A DNA stretch of 43,064 bases from Verrucomicrobiota bacterium (GTDB taxonomy: Bacteria > Verrucomicrobiota > Verrucomicrobiia > Opitutales > Opitutaceae), in contig JAURJO010000361.1 of NCBI GenBank assembly GCA_030832235.1, positions 1 through 43,064 on the forward strand, in the 5' to 3' direction. The translations under genes and the position numbers were made by a program. Below, piece after piece: positions 20,301 through 28,680 of this stretch. The stretch's first letter is position 1. The number at the start of each line of letters is the position of its first letter. A model generated the notes under the pieces. It was not told the DNA's origin. It made no database searches and saw only the letters and a program-made list of their open reading frames with translations.

Positions 20301-22081
20301 TTCTCCGCCGGCGGCGCTCCGTCCGCGGCCACGAGGGCCGTCAGTTCGAGAAGGCAGGGATGCGGGAGCGCCAGGTCCGTGCCGTGCACGACAACCGCCG
20401 CCACCTCCGCATCGGCGAGCATGTAGTGCAGCCGATCGAGGGGATACGCCGGATCGAGCGGCAGATAAGCCGCCCCCGCCCGCAGGATACCGAGGATGCC
20501 GATCACCAGCTCCACCGAGCGCCCACTGCACAACCCCACCAACGCACCTCGTGTCACCCCCGCCGCCCGCAGGCGGCGCCCCACCCGATCCGCCTGCGCC
20601 CGCGCTTCCGCATAGGTGACCGCCACCGGGCCGTCGCTCAACGCCACGCGATCCGGCGTCAGCGCCGCCTGCCGCGCGAACCAGCTCCACAACGTATCGG
20701 GCGAACTGCAATCGCGCACCGCGCCACCCCCGAGCGCGAGCACCGCCGCGCGCGCCGTCGCGTCCAAGATCGGCAACGCCGCCGTTGATTGCTCCGGGTT
20801 CGCCAACGCCGCGCCAAGCAGCACCTCAAACCCGCCGGCCAACCGCGCCATCGTCTCCGGCGTGAAGAGGTCGGTGCCGTATTCCCAACGCGCGGTCCAG
20901 CCGCCGGCGGATTCTTCCAACGCGAGCGTCAAATCCACCTTCGCCGTGCCCGTATCGACCTCCATGACCTCGGCCTGCAAACCCGGCAGATCGAGCGCGC
21001 GGCGCGGCGCGTTTTGCAACGCGAAGTAAACCTGAAAAAGCGGCGTGCGACTGCGGTCACGCGCCGGCTGCACCGCGTCCACGACCTGATCAAACGGCGT
21101 CTGCTCCCGACCAAAGGCCTCCACGCATTCGGCTTTAGTGCGCGCCACGAGCTCCGCAAAAGTCATCGCCCCCTCCAGCCGGGCGCGAAGCACCAGCGGG
21201 TTGACGAGGAAGCCGATCAGGGACTCCGCCTCCGAATGCCACCGCCCCGCGACCGGGGTGCCGATGAGCAACTCCGTCTGCCGCGACCAGCGCGAGAGCA
21301 GGAGTTCAAACGCACTCAGCAGCACCATGAAGGGCGTCGCTTCGGTCTGCCGGCAGACGGCGGCGAGCGGCGCAACCACCTGCGGCGACAGCGCCCGCAG
21401 CAGCAACGCGCCGCGGTAGCTCTGCTCCGGCGGCCGCCCCCGGTCGGTCGGCAACTCCAACGCCGTCGGCGCGCCGCGCAGATGGTCGCGCCACGCGTTC
21501 AACGCCGCGGCCGCCGCCGGCGAAGCCAGCTCCTCGCGCTGCCAATCCGTGTAATCCGGCAGTTGGATCGGCAGCTCGGGCAACACCGTGTCCAGCGCCG
21601 TGCCCGCCCGCCGCGCGCGATAAAGCGCCGTCAGCTCATCGACCAGGACCCCGAGCGACCAGCCATCCGCGATGATGTGGTGCAGGGTGAGCAGCAACAC
21701 GTGGTCGTCGCCCCCCGAGCCCAGCGCAAAAAGCTGCGCCCGCCAGAGCGGTCCGCGCGCCAGGTCAAAAGGCGCCCGGGCCGCGGCGGCAAGGCGCGCG
21801 GCGAGCGCGGCGTCCGCGACGTCCCCCGCCGACTCGAGTCGCACCCTCGGTTCGTCGTGCACCACTTGCACCGGTTCGCCCGCCTCGACGGCAAAAGTGG
21901 TCCGCAGCGCATCGTGCCGGACCTCGAGTGTGTGCAACACTTCCGCGAGGGCCGCGACATCGAGACCGCCCCGCAGCCGCACCGCGACCGGCATGTGATA
22001 AACCGCGTTGCCCGGCTCCAAGCGGTCGAGAAACCACAGCCGACGCTGCGCGGGAGAGATCGGGGCGACGTAGGCGTTCAT
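14345..22081 (-). CDS. NRPS 2, two modules: C(LCL)-A(Thr)-T-C(DCL)-A(Tyr)-T-E; modules 3-4
   Basis: 2578 aa ORF. C motifs HHIIADG and HHHILLDG. A codes DFWNIGMVH (Thr) and DASTLAAVC (Tyr). Both T domains carry GGDSIL. Terminal E domain HHLVVDGVSWRIL is followed by a COM-donor-like tail TPSDFSHVQLDASELEALL. Confidence 0.95.
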   Translation of the reverse strand: MNAYVAPISPAQRRLWFLDRLEPGNAVYHMPVAVRLRGGLDVAALAEVLHTLEVRHDALRTTFAVEAGEPVQVVHDEPRVRLESAGDVADAALAARLAAAARAPFDLARGPLWRAQLFALGSGGDDHVLLLTLHHIIADGWSLGVLVDELTALYRARRAGTALDTVLPELPIQLPDYTDWQREELASPAAAAALNAWRDHLRGAPTALELPTDRGRPPEQSYRGALLLRALSPQVVAPLAAVCRQTEATPFMVLLSAFELLLSRWSRQTELLIGTPVAGRWHSEAESLIGFLVNPLVLRARLEGAMTFAELVARTKAECVEAFGREQTPFDQVVDAVQPARDRSRTPLFQVYFALQNAPRRALDLPGLQAEVMEVDTGTAKVDLTLALEESAGGWTARWEYGTDLFTPETMARLAGGFEVLLGAALANPEQSTAALPILDATARAAVLALGGGAVRDCSSPDTLWSWFARQAALTPDRVALSDGPVAVTYAEARAQADRVGRRLRAAGVTRGALVGLCSGRSVELVIGILGILRAGAAYLPLDPAYPLDRLHYMLADAEVAAVVVHGTDLALPHPCLLELTALVAADGAPPAENGGEEAGAEDPAYVIYTSGSTGRPKGCVVTQANVVRLMRATEAWFDFGADDVWTLFHSYAFDFSVWEIWGALLYGGRLVVVREEVSRTPEAFHDLLQAERVTVLNQTPSAFRQLQAVELARPVGGLALRTVIFGGEALEPRSLLPWFDRHGDEHPRMVNMYGITETTVHVTYRPIRRADALSGRGSVIGKRIPDLTLYVVDERLEPVPVGVPGELLVGGAGLARGYLNRPELTEERFVRNPFGPGRLYRSGDLARWLGDGDLEYLGRMDQQVKIRGFRIELGEIERVRAAVPGVRDAVVLAREDRAGERRLVAYLVPEAGAVVAATDAREACRTRLAAYMVPAAFVLLERLPLTDNGKLDRRALPVPDGSAVAAAEYLAPTTPAERALAEIWSRVLGVPTVGAGDNFFALGGDSILTIQVVSLAAKAGWRIAAKDLFVAETLAQLAALARPVEEVAAAGAGEQPNAKSAAAGDSYALSPMQVGMLFQSVYAPDSGVYVEQVWGELEGALRPTEFRAAWDGLLERHPGLRSRFHWREVAEPRQETLSAVRMPWRELDWSGAEAPRDGAAAWAALLAEDRVTGFDFGQAPLMRLALIRVGPDRWRWLWSHHHILLDGWCLPLVFRDVLGDYERRGGAATTVPPPARPYRDYIDWLGRQDLGAAESFWRRQLAGFAGVPELRLPRPAVVAVAGEPGAAERALSAGESEALRAWARSHGLTLNTVFQGAWAVLLQRLGLGRDVVFGVTVAGRPAELAGVEEMIGLFINTLPLRVAVEPTAAVLPWLKALQQAQAEARQFEHTPLAAIQGWSEVGRGQSLFESILVFENYPGDDALRQVPSSLRFSGLQTREQTNFPLTAAVVPAQRLTLRLAFDAGRFAAEAMERLLEQWRHLVLGLTAKTAARLADLDPVGAEERAALLAFGQAARLDYRPETILDVLERQVRRAPTAAALLAPGRELSYAELWERAGRVALELRGRGVRRGDAVALCLDKSPELVVAMVGVLRAGGFFLPVDPSYARERLPVLLADARPALLVVDEVGAARTPAEVTGPQWRIDRDLGAHGPAAKAGDLPPVQPTEVAYLIYTSGSTGRPKGVLVEHAGLANLALAQAALTRVGPGQRVLQFASISFDASVSEIFLTLAGGAALWLEPRETVPTPEEFARQLRDARIDHATLPPALLAVLSPTDFPSLRTLLMAGEAASPELYRAWSKDRVLFNAYGPTETSVCATMEEVEAGAGEVTLGRPIANLTAYVVDVAGELSPIGVPGEIWVGGVGVARGYLGRPELTAERFVPDPRGTTPGARAYRTGDLGRVRADGRIEFLGRVDDQVKIRGFRVEPGEVEAVLAAHAGVAGALVVAVADERGGKFLVAYALARSGENPPPAQLRAHLAARLPEYLVPRQVIVLTAWPLNAAGKIDRRALPPPTAWAETAVAEGTETPWLAGDVERLLASIWRDVLRVPDVRPDDNFFELGGDSILSLQIVARAHQAGYALTPRQIFASPTIRGQAAVATRAAGGGQDQTETGEVPLTPIQHWFFAQRQPEAQHWNQTIVLELRTSPKPEAIGRALAAVVARHGAFRLRFHCSPDGEWSQRYGEAEPVPDLPVHPAAQLEAVATRLQASLDLMNGPLWRAAYFVGEGGAYPRLFLTIHHLVVDGVSWRILATDLASACAQVEAGEVIRLAAPNGTFGAWSRALGERAQTAEGRAELSYWRALAPAKADLPRDLADVAEARAVAAMERVAVELEADETRALLREASAVYRMRADEVLLAALAATLAAWTGRAASVILLENHGREALGEAIDVSRTVGWFTSLYPYRLEAPAAAGARELLVAVKESLRGVPRHGTGFGLLSHLSADPAVRAELAALPRPELCFNYLGQTDNTLGPDAPFALLDLPTGPDLSPLGYRVHLIDINAMVTDRRLKINWLFSNRVHQRATIERLAEQFVAQVRALLAHCRATESGAPTPSDFSHVQLDASELEALLSDLADPDPR

Positions 22082-25000
22082 CCCCGCTTCCCTCCGGTCA
22101 CTGACGCTTCACCCGCGATCTCGCCATCGGCGCCGATGGCCACCGCGCGACGCTCGCGACTCGCCCGACGCAGCGTCCCCGCCGGCACCGGCGCCGCGCC
22201 CCGCGCCCGCTCGGTCCGCAGCGCCGCCGCCAAGGCCTCCGCCGTCGGGTGTTCAAACAAGACGCGCAGCGGCAGAGTCACGCCCGCGCGCTCCCGTAGG
22301 CGAGTCATCACCCGCGTGGCCACGAGCGAGTGTCCGCCCGCTTCAAAAAAGTCATCCGTCATCCCCAGATCATCCCGGCCGAGCACCTCGCGCCAGATCG
22401 CCAGCACCAGCTGTTCATCGCCATCGCGCGGCGCCACCCGCTCCACCGTCCGCTCGATTTGCGGCGCCGGCAGGGCGCGGCGATCCACCTTGCCCGCCGG
22501 CGAAAGCGGCAAGGCCTCAAGGAACACCCACGCGGTCGGGACCATGTAGTCCGGCAGACGCTCCGTCAGACCGGCGCGCAATGTCGCGGAGCTGGGCGCC
22601 GCCCCCCGCGCGACCACATAGGCCACGATCCGGGCGCCCGCCGGCGCCTCCTCGCGCAGCGCGCAGACCGCGTCCGCCACGCCCGCCTGATCACGCAGCG
22701 CCGCCTCGATCTCGCCGAGTTCGATGCGCTGGCCACGCAGCTTGACCTGAAAATCGATGCGCCCGAGGTATTCGATCTCACCCTCCGGCCGCCAACGCCC
22801 GAGGTCGCCCGTCCGATAGAGTCTGGCTCCGGGCACACGCGGCGTCGGATCCGGCACCCAGCGTTCGGCGGTGAGCGCCGGTTGCCCGTGGTAGCCGCGC
22901 CCCAAGCCCACCCCGCCCAGATAGATTTCGCCCGGCACCCCGACCGGCACGGGACGCAACCGCTCATCGAGCACGTGCAGCTCGACGTTCGCGATGGGCC
23001 CGCCAATCGGCACCGGACCGGTCTCGCCCCGGCGGCAGGCATGCCAGCTCACGTCCACCGCCGCCTCGGTCGGGCCATACAGATTGTGCACCACCACCGC
23101 GGGCAATTTCTCCTGCGTCATGACCACCAGGTCGCGCGGCAACTCCTCGCCCGAACACACGATCTGCCGCACCGAGAAACAGCGCTCCACCCCCGGCGTC
23201 TCCAGCCACGCCCGCAACATCGACGGCACAAAATGCAAGGTCGTGATGCGCTCCGCGGCGATCACCTCGATCAACCGCGCGGGATCTTGGTGCACGCCCG
23301 GATCCGCGACGACCAAAGTCGCCCCCGTCATGAGCGGCCAGAAAAACTCCCACACCGAAACGTCGAAGCTGTAGGGCGTCTTCTGCAACACCCGGTCGTC
23401 GGCCGTGAGGGGCAACGCCGCTTGCATCCACTGCAGGCGATTGAGGATCGCCGCATGCGTGTTCACCGCGCCTTTCGGCCGCCCTGTCGAGCCCGACGTA
23501 TAAATCATGTAGGCCGCCCCCAAACCGGCGAGGGTCGGCACGCGCAGCCCCGGCTCCACCGCCGCAAACAGGGTCTCCTCCATCCGCAACACCCGCTCCG
23601 GCGCCACGCCGAGGCGCGCCGCGAGTGCATCCGTCGTGATGACCAGCACGGGCGCCGCATCGGCCAGCATGAACGCCAAGCGCTCCGCCGGATACGCCGG
23701 GTCCAGGGGCACGTAGGCGCCGCCCGCCCGCAGCACCGCATGCAGCGCCAGCACGAGTTCCGGTGAACGTTCGAGACAGACCGCCACCAGCGATTCCGGC
23801 CCCACGCCCCGCGCCTGCAAGCAGGCCGCCAACGCATCGGCCCGACGGTTAAACTCCGCGTAGGTCAACGTGCCGGCGCTGGACACCAAAGCCAGGGCCG
23901 TCGGCGGCATTGTGCGCGGTTGCTCGTGAATCCACGGCGCGGCCGCGAAGGCACGTTCCGACCGAGTCCACGCCGTTTGCGCGGCGACCTCGTCCGCGGC
24001 GAGCAGCGGCAGCTCCGACAACCGCGCCCCGGGTCGCGCGACCGCCGCCGTGAGCAAAATGCGCAAGTGCCCCAGCAAGCGCCGCAACGTGTCCTCGTGG
24101 TAAAGCTCCGTGCGATACTCCGCGATCCAGCGCAACTCGCCCGCCACCTCCTCCGCGAGCAGGGTCACGTCGAACTTCGCCGTGCGGTTGGCCAACGGCA
24201 CCGGGGTGATCTCGAGCCCGGCCAATCGCGCCGACGCCGGCGGAGCGTTCAAGAGCACGAACAGCGTTTGGAAAATCGGGGTCCGACTCAGGTCGCGCAC
24301 CGGCGCCAGCGCATCGATCAACGACTCAAACGGCGTATCCTGGTGGGCGTAGCCCGCGAGACACGACTGCTTCACCCGCGCCATCAGCGTGCCGAAGGTC
24401 GGGTCACCCTGCAGATCGACTCGCACCGGCAGCAGGTTCACAAAAAAACCCGCCATCGCTTCGAACTCCGGCCGCGGTCGGTTCGCCACCGAGGCTCCAA
24501 TCACCAGGTCGTCCTGGCGCGCATGCCGGGCCAGCACCGCCGCGTAGCCCGCCACCAGCGCCATGTAGAGCGTCACGCCTTCCCGTTGGGCCAGTCGGTA
24601 CAAGCCGGCGGTCAACTCCGCCGACCACCCACAACGATACTCGCGCCCTACCCCGTCGAGCACGCGCGGACGCGCGCGATCCACCGGGATTTCCGCCGCC
24701 ACGCCGCCCGCCAGATGCGCGCGCCAGAAATCGAGCGACTGCTCGAGTCGTGTCGCCGAGTGCTGCCGCCCCTGCCACGCCGCGAAATCCGCGTAATGTG
24801 AGGTCAACGGCGTCAAGCCCGGCTCCTCGCCCGCGACTCGCGCACCATAACACGCCGTCAGCTCGCGGGTGATCAGGTTGATCGTCCAGCCATCGGACAC
24901 GATGTGGTGGATCACGACCACGAGCAGGTGATCGTCATCCGCCAGTTGAATCAGGCGCGCGCGGATCAACGGTCCCGTTGCGAGGTCGAAGGCCGCCACC

Positions 25001-28000
25001 GCCGTCTCGTCGGCCAGCGCCCGCGCCCGCTCTTCCCGTTCGCTCGCCGGCAGCCGACGCAGGTCGTCCCGTGGCAGGGTGAAGTGGACGCTTTCCGCCG
25101 GCAGGATGTCTTGCAACGGCTCCCCGTCGCTCACCGGGAAACGGGTGCGCAAGGCCTCATGCCGCCGCACGAGGTCGGTGAAACTCTGCTCCAGCGCCGC
25201 GACCACACACGCCCCGCGCAGACGAAGCGCGCCGGGCACGTGATAGGTCGCACGGCCGGGCTCCAACTGCTCGATAAACCAGAGGCGGCGCTGGCCGAGC
25301 GAGAGCGCCACGAGGCCGGGCTCACGCGCGGGCAGCGGCGCGTTCGCCGCCTCGGTCTCCGCCAGCAGCGCGACCCGAGCCGCCATCGCCGCCACGGTGG
25401 GTCCCTCGAAAATCGCGCGCAGCGTGAGATCGACGCCGAGGGCGGCGCGCAGGCGCGCGCTCAACTGCATCGCGAGCAACGAGTGTCCGCCGATCTCAAA
25501 AAAGTTCTCGTCCCTGCCCACCTGGGGACGCTGCAGCACTTCGCGCCACGACGCCGCCACGTGCGCCTCCAGCAGGGTGCGAGGGGCCTCGCCCGGACCC
25601 GCGGGCATCGCCTCCGCCCCGGGCGCCGGCAGCGCCCGGCGGTCGATCTTGCCGTTCGGGGTCTGCGGCATCGCCGCGAGCGACACGTAAATCGCCGGCA
25701 CGAGGTAGGCCGGTAGGCGTTCCCGCAACCACGCGCGCAAGGCCTCCGGGCGCGGTGCCGCCGCCGCGTCCGTGCCGCGCGGCACGAAATACGCCACCAA
25801 ACGTGGCTCGCCGTCGGGCCCCGTCGGCGCGATGACCGCCGCCGCGCCCACCTCCGGATGGGAAGCGAGGACCGCTTCGATTTCTCCCGGCTCGATGCGA
25901 TGCCCGAGAATCTTCACCTGCTGATCCACGCGCCCGAGACATTCCAGCCGCCCCGGCCCACGCCACCGCGCCAGATCACCCGTGCGATACATCCGCCCCC
26001 CAGGTTGCGCCGCAAAGGGGTCCGGCAAGAAGCGTTCGGCGGTCAGTTCCGGCCGGCCCAGATAACCGCGCGTGACGCCGTCGCCCCCGAGATAAAGTTC
26101 TCCCGCCACGCCGTTCGGCACCGGTTGCAAGGCGGCGTCGAGCACGTAGGCGGTCTGGTTCACCAGCGCCCCGCCGATGAGTACAACGTCATCACCCGGG
26201 GCCAGCGCGTGGCCCGTTGACCACACCGTGGTCTCCGTCGGGCCGTAAAGATTGTGGAGCCGGGCGCCCGACTCCGCCCGCAGCTCGCGCGCCAGCGGCG
26301 GCGGCAAGGCTTCGCCGCCCGCGATCAGCACCTCGAGCCGCGCCAGCCCCGACCGCAACGCCGGATCGAGGAGCAGCATCTTGAGGCGCGAGGGCGTGGC
26401 TTGAAAATGCGTCGGCCGATGCCGCGCAAACTGCTCCGCCAACGAACGCCGCAGTGGCGAAGTCCTCACGCCGAGGTCCGCCTCGTCACTCTGCAACACC
26501 ACCTTAAAACCACGCGCGAGCGTCCAGAAAAGTTCCAGCACCGAGATGTCGAACGAGATGCTCGTGAGCGCGAGCCAGACGCCGGGCCCGCGCCCGAGCT
26601 GTGCATCCATGCCGACAAAAAAGTTGGTCGCGTTGCCATGCGTCACAACCACGCCCTTCGGTTTCCCGGTGGAGCCCGAGGTGTAGATCACATACGCCGG
26701 CTGCTCCGCCCGCGCTGTCGCCGGCCTGATCGTGCCCGGCGTATCGAGCGCCCCATCATCCACCAGCAACCGCGCCGGGCCATCCGCCGGCAACATCGCC
26801 TCCAACGCGCGCCGCGTCACCACGAGCAGCGGTTGCGCGTCCTCCACCATATGCCGCAAACGATCCGCCGGGTAGGTCGGATCCATCGGCACATAAGCGC
26901 CCCCGGCCTTCAGCACCCCGAGGAGAGTCGCCAGCATTTCCACTCCGCGCTCGAGCAACACGCCGACGCGACCCTCAGGACCCACACCCATCAACCGCAG
27001 GCGCTGCGCCACCTGCTCCGAAGCCCCGTCCAACTCCGCATAGGTGAGCTCGCGGTCCTCGTAAACCAGCGCCACCCCGGTCGGCGTGCGCGCCACCTGC
27101 GCCTGAAACGCCGCCGCGATTCCGTCCTCGTCCACCCGCGCCCGGGTCGGCCCGCGGCTCTGCGCCAACACCGCCTCGCGCGCCTCGCCGCCCAGGGTCG
27201 CCGCTTGCGTGATGGGCCGATCCGGCGCCTCGGCCAATTCCGCCAACAACGTCGCCCACACCCCGAGGAAGCGGGTCATCATCTCCGGCGCGAAAAGCCC
27301 CACGCGATACTCCACGATCCCGGTCAAACGGTCACCGTGATCTTCCACCTGGAGGCTCACCGCATACTTCGCGGTCTCGCTTGGCACGGCGATCGGCTCC
27401 GCGCGCAGTCCAGGGAAGCTGGCCTCGTCTCGCGCGGTCTGCAGGTAGAGAAAAAGCGCCTGCAGGAGCGGTGAATTCTCCACCTCCCGCGGCAGGCGCA
27501 GCTCCTGCACGATGCGGTCAAAGGGTGTCGCCTGGTGCTCAAACGCAGTCAGCGTCTCGCGCCGCATGCGCCGGACCAGTTCGCGGAAACTCGGCTGGTC
27601 GCCCAGGGCCGGACGCAGGACCACCAGGTTGACGAAGTAGCCGACGAGCGACTCGGTCGCCATGCCATCGCGCCCGGCCAACGTGGTGCCCAGGCCAAAG
27701 TCGTCTTGCCCGGAGAGGCGCTGGAGCCAAACGGCATACGCCGCCACGAGGACATGGAACAGGGTTGCCCCCTCCGCCCGGGCCAGCGCGCGCAACGGCT
27801 GCTCCGTGGCGGGCGCGACGACAAAATCCACCGAACGCCCGGCGTAACGCGACGACGCCACCGGCGGCGGCTCCGCCCGGGGCCACGTCAGCGGACGCAG
27901 CCCGGCCAGATGGGTTCGCCAATGCGCCAGGGAACGTTCCGCCGCCGGACCCGACTCGGCTTGTCGGCGGGCCATCACGTAGTCGTCAAACCGATACGCG

Positions 28001-28680
28001 GGCAGATCCGCCGCCGGCACGCCGCCCGCCACGAGTTCTGCGTAAAGCTCCGCCCACTCCCGCAGGAGCAGTCCCGCCGACCAGGCGTCGGCGATCAAGT
28101 GGTGGGCGTTGAGCAGCAGCACGTGCTCCTCGGGCGCGAGGGCCACGAGATGAACGGTGAAGAGCGGCGCGGCGGTGACATCAAACGCGCGGCGGCCTTC
28201 CTCCGCGAGCAACGCGCGCCACGCCGCTTCGCGCTCCGCCGGCGGCAGCGCAGAGACGTCGTGCTCGCCGAGGGCGACGGGAACGGCGGGCAGCACCTGT
28301 TGCCAAGGTTCTCCCTCGTGGTGGTCAAACGCGGTCCGCAGCGGATCGTGGCGCGCGACGAGGACCCGCAGCGCCGCCTCGAAGTGATCGCGGTGCAGCC
28401 GCCCCCGCAGCCGCCGGGCGGCCCGCACTGTGTAGGCTGGCAAGGTCTCGGGATCCGCCTGATGCAGCAGCCAGAGGCTGCGTTGCGACGACGACAGCAG
28501 GGAAAACTCCCCGTGCGGCGCGGCCAACAACGCGAGCAGCTCCTGCTTGCGCGCCGCCAAGGCCGCGCGGATCTCCGCTGTGACCGCGCCCGCCGGCGCC
28601 TTCACGCGCAGTTGCCCCGGCTCGGCCCACACGCGTATTCCCGCGCGGGCACAGGCCAGGCGGAGTTCCGTCAGCGTCAT
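22078..28680 (-). CDS. NRPS 1, two modules: TubC_N-like docking-C-A(Gly)-T-C(LCL)-A(Ser)-T; modules 1-2
   Basis: The track ORF starts at 29121, but the likely start is ATG 28680 (MTLTELRLACARAGIRVWAEPGQLRVKAPAGA), which overlaps the PKS stop (ATGA). C motifs HHLIADA and HHIVSDG. A codes DILQIGLVW (Gly) and DVWHVSLVD (Ser). T motifs GGHSLL and GGHSLV. Confidence 0.93.
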   Translation of the reverse strand: MTLTELRLACARAGIRVWAEPGQLRVKAPAGAVTAEIRAALAARKQELLALLAAPHGEFSLLSSSQRSLWLLHQADPETLPAYTVRAARRLRGRLHRDHFEAALRVLVARHDPLRTAFDHHEGEPWQQVLPAVPVALGEHDVSALPPAEREAAWRALLAEEGRRAFDVTAAPLFTVHLVALAPEEHVLLLNAHHLIADAWSAGLLLREWAELYAELVAGGVPAADLPAYRFDDYVMARRQAESGPAAERSLAHWRTHLAGLRPLTWPRAEPPPVASSRYAGRSVDFVVAPATEQPLRALARAEGATLFHVLVAAYAVWLQRLSGQDDFGLGTTLAGRDGMATESLVGYFVNLVVLRPALGDQPSFRELVRRMRRETLTAFEHQATPFDRIVQELRLPREVENSPLLQALFLYLQTARDEASFPGLRAEPIAVPSETAKYAVSLQVEDHGDRLTGIVEYRVGLFAPEMMTRFLGVWATLLAELAEAPDRPITQAATLGGEAREAVLAQSRGPTRARVDEDGIAAAFQAQVARTPTGVALVYEDRELTYAELDGASEQVAQRLRLMGVGPEGRVGVLLERGVEMLATLLGVLKAGGAYVPMDPTYPADRLRHMVEDAQPLLVVTRRALEAMLPADGPARLLVDDGALDTPGTIRPATARAEQPAYVIYTSGSTGKPKGVVVTHGNATNFFVGMDAQLGRGPGVWLALTSISFDISVLELFWTLARGFKVVLQSDEADLGVRTSPLRRSLAEQFARHRPTHFQATPSRLKMLLLDPALRSGLARLEVLIAGGEALPPPLARELRAESGARLHNLYGPTETTVWSTGHALAPGDDVVLIGGALVNQTAYVLDAALQPVPNGVAGELYLGGDGVTRGYLGRPELTAERFLPDPFAAQPGGRMYRTGDLARWRGPGRLECLGRVDQQVKILGHRIEPGEIEAVLASHPEVGAAAVIAPTGPDGEPRLVAYFVPRGTDAAAAPRPEALRAWLRERLPAYLVPAIYVSLAAMPQTPNGKIDRRALPAPGAEAMPAGPGEAPRTLLEAHVAASWREVLQRPQVGRDENFFEIGGHSLLAMQLSARLRAALGVDLTLRAIFEGPTVAAMAARVALLAETEAANAPLPAREPGLVALSLGQRRLWFIEQLEPGRATYHVPGALRLRGACVVAALEQSFTDLVRRHEALRTRFPVSDGEPLQDILPAESVHFTLPRDDLRRLPASEREERARALADETAVAAFDLATGPLIRARLIQLADDDHLLVVVIHHIVSDGWTINLITRELTACYGARVAGEEPGLTPLTSHYADFAAWQGRQHSATRLEQSLDFWRAHLAGGVAAEIPVDRARPRVLDGVGREYRCGWSAELTAGLYRLAQREGVTLYMALVAGYAAVLARHARQDDLVIGASVANRPRPEFEAMAGFFVNLLPVRVDLQGDPTFGTLMARVKQSCLAGYAHQDTPFESLIDALAPVRDLSRTPIFQTLFVLLNAPPASARLAGLEITPVPLANRTAKFDVTLLAEEVAGELRWIAEYRTELYHEDTLRRLLGHLRILLTAAVARPGARLSELPLLAADEVAAQTAWTRSERAFAAAPWIHEQPRTMPPTALALVSSAGTLTYAEFNRRADALAACLQARGVGPESLVAVCLERSPELVLALHAVLRAGGAYVPLDPAYPAERLAFMLADAAPVLVITTDALAARLGVAPERVLRMEETLFAAVEPGLRVPTLAGLGAAYMIYTSGSTGRPKGAVNTHAAILNRLQWMQAALPLTADDRVLQKTPYSFDVSVWEFFWPLMTGATLVVADPGVHQDPARLIEVIAAERITTLHFVPSMLRAWLETPGVERCFSVRQIVCSGEELPRDLVVMTQEKLPAVVVHNLYGPTEAAVDVSWHACRRGETGPVPIGGPIANVELHVLDERLRPVPVGVPGEIYLGGVGLGRGYHGQPALTAERWVPDPTPRVPGARLYRTGDLGRWRPEGEIEYLGRIDFQVKLRGQRIELGEIEAALRDQAGVADAVCALREEAPAGARIVAYVVARGAAPSSATLRAGLTERLPDYMVPTAWVFLEALPLSPAGKVDRRALPAPQIERTVERVAPRDGDEQLVLAIWREVLGRDDLGMTDDFFEAGGHSLVATRVMTRLRERAGVTLPLRVLFEHPTAEALAAALRTERARGAAPVPAGTLRRASRERRAVAIGADGEIAGEASVTGGKRG

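Noticed and set aside
600-26700. Recurring near-identical DNA segments (e.g. those encoding YTSGSTGRPKG and GFRIELGEIE)
   Set aside because: These are conserved A-domain core motifs in paralogous modules, not CRISPR or mobile-element repeats.
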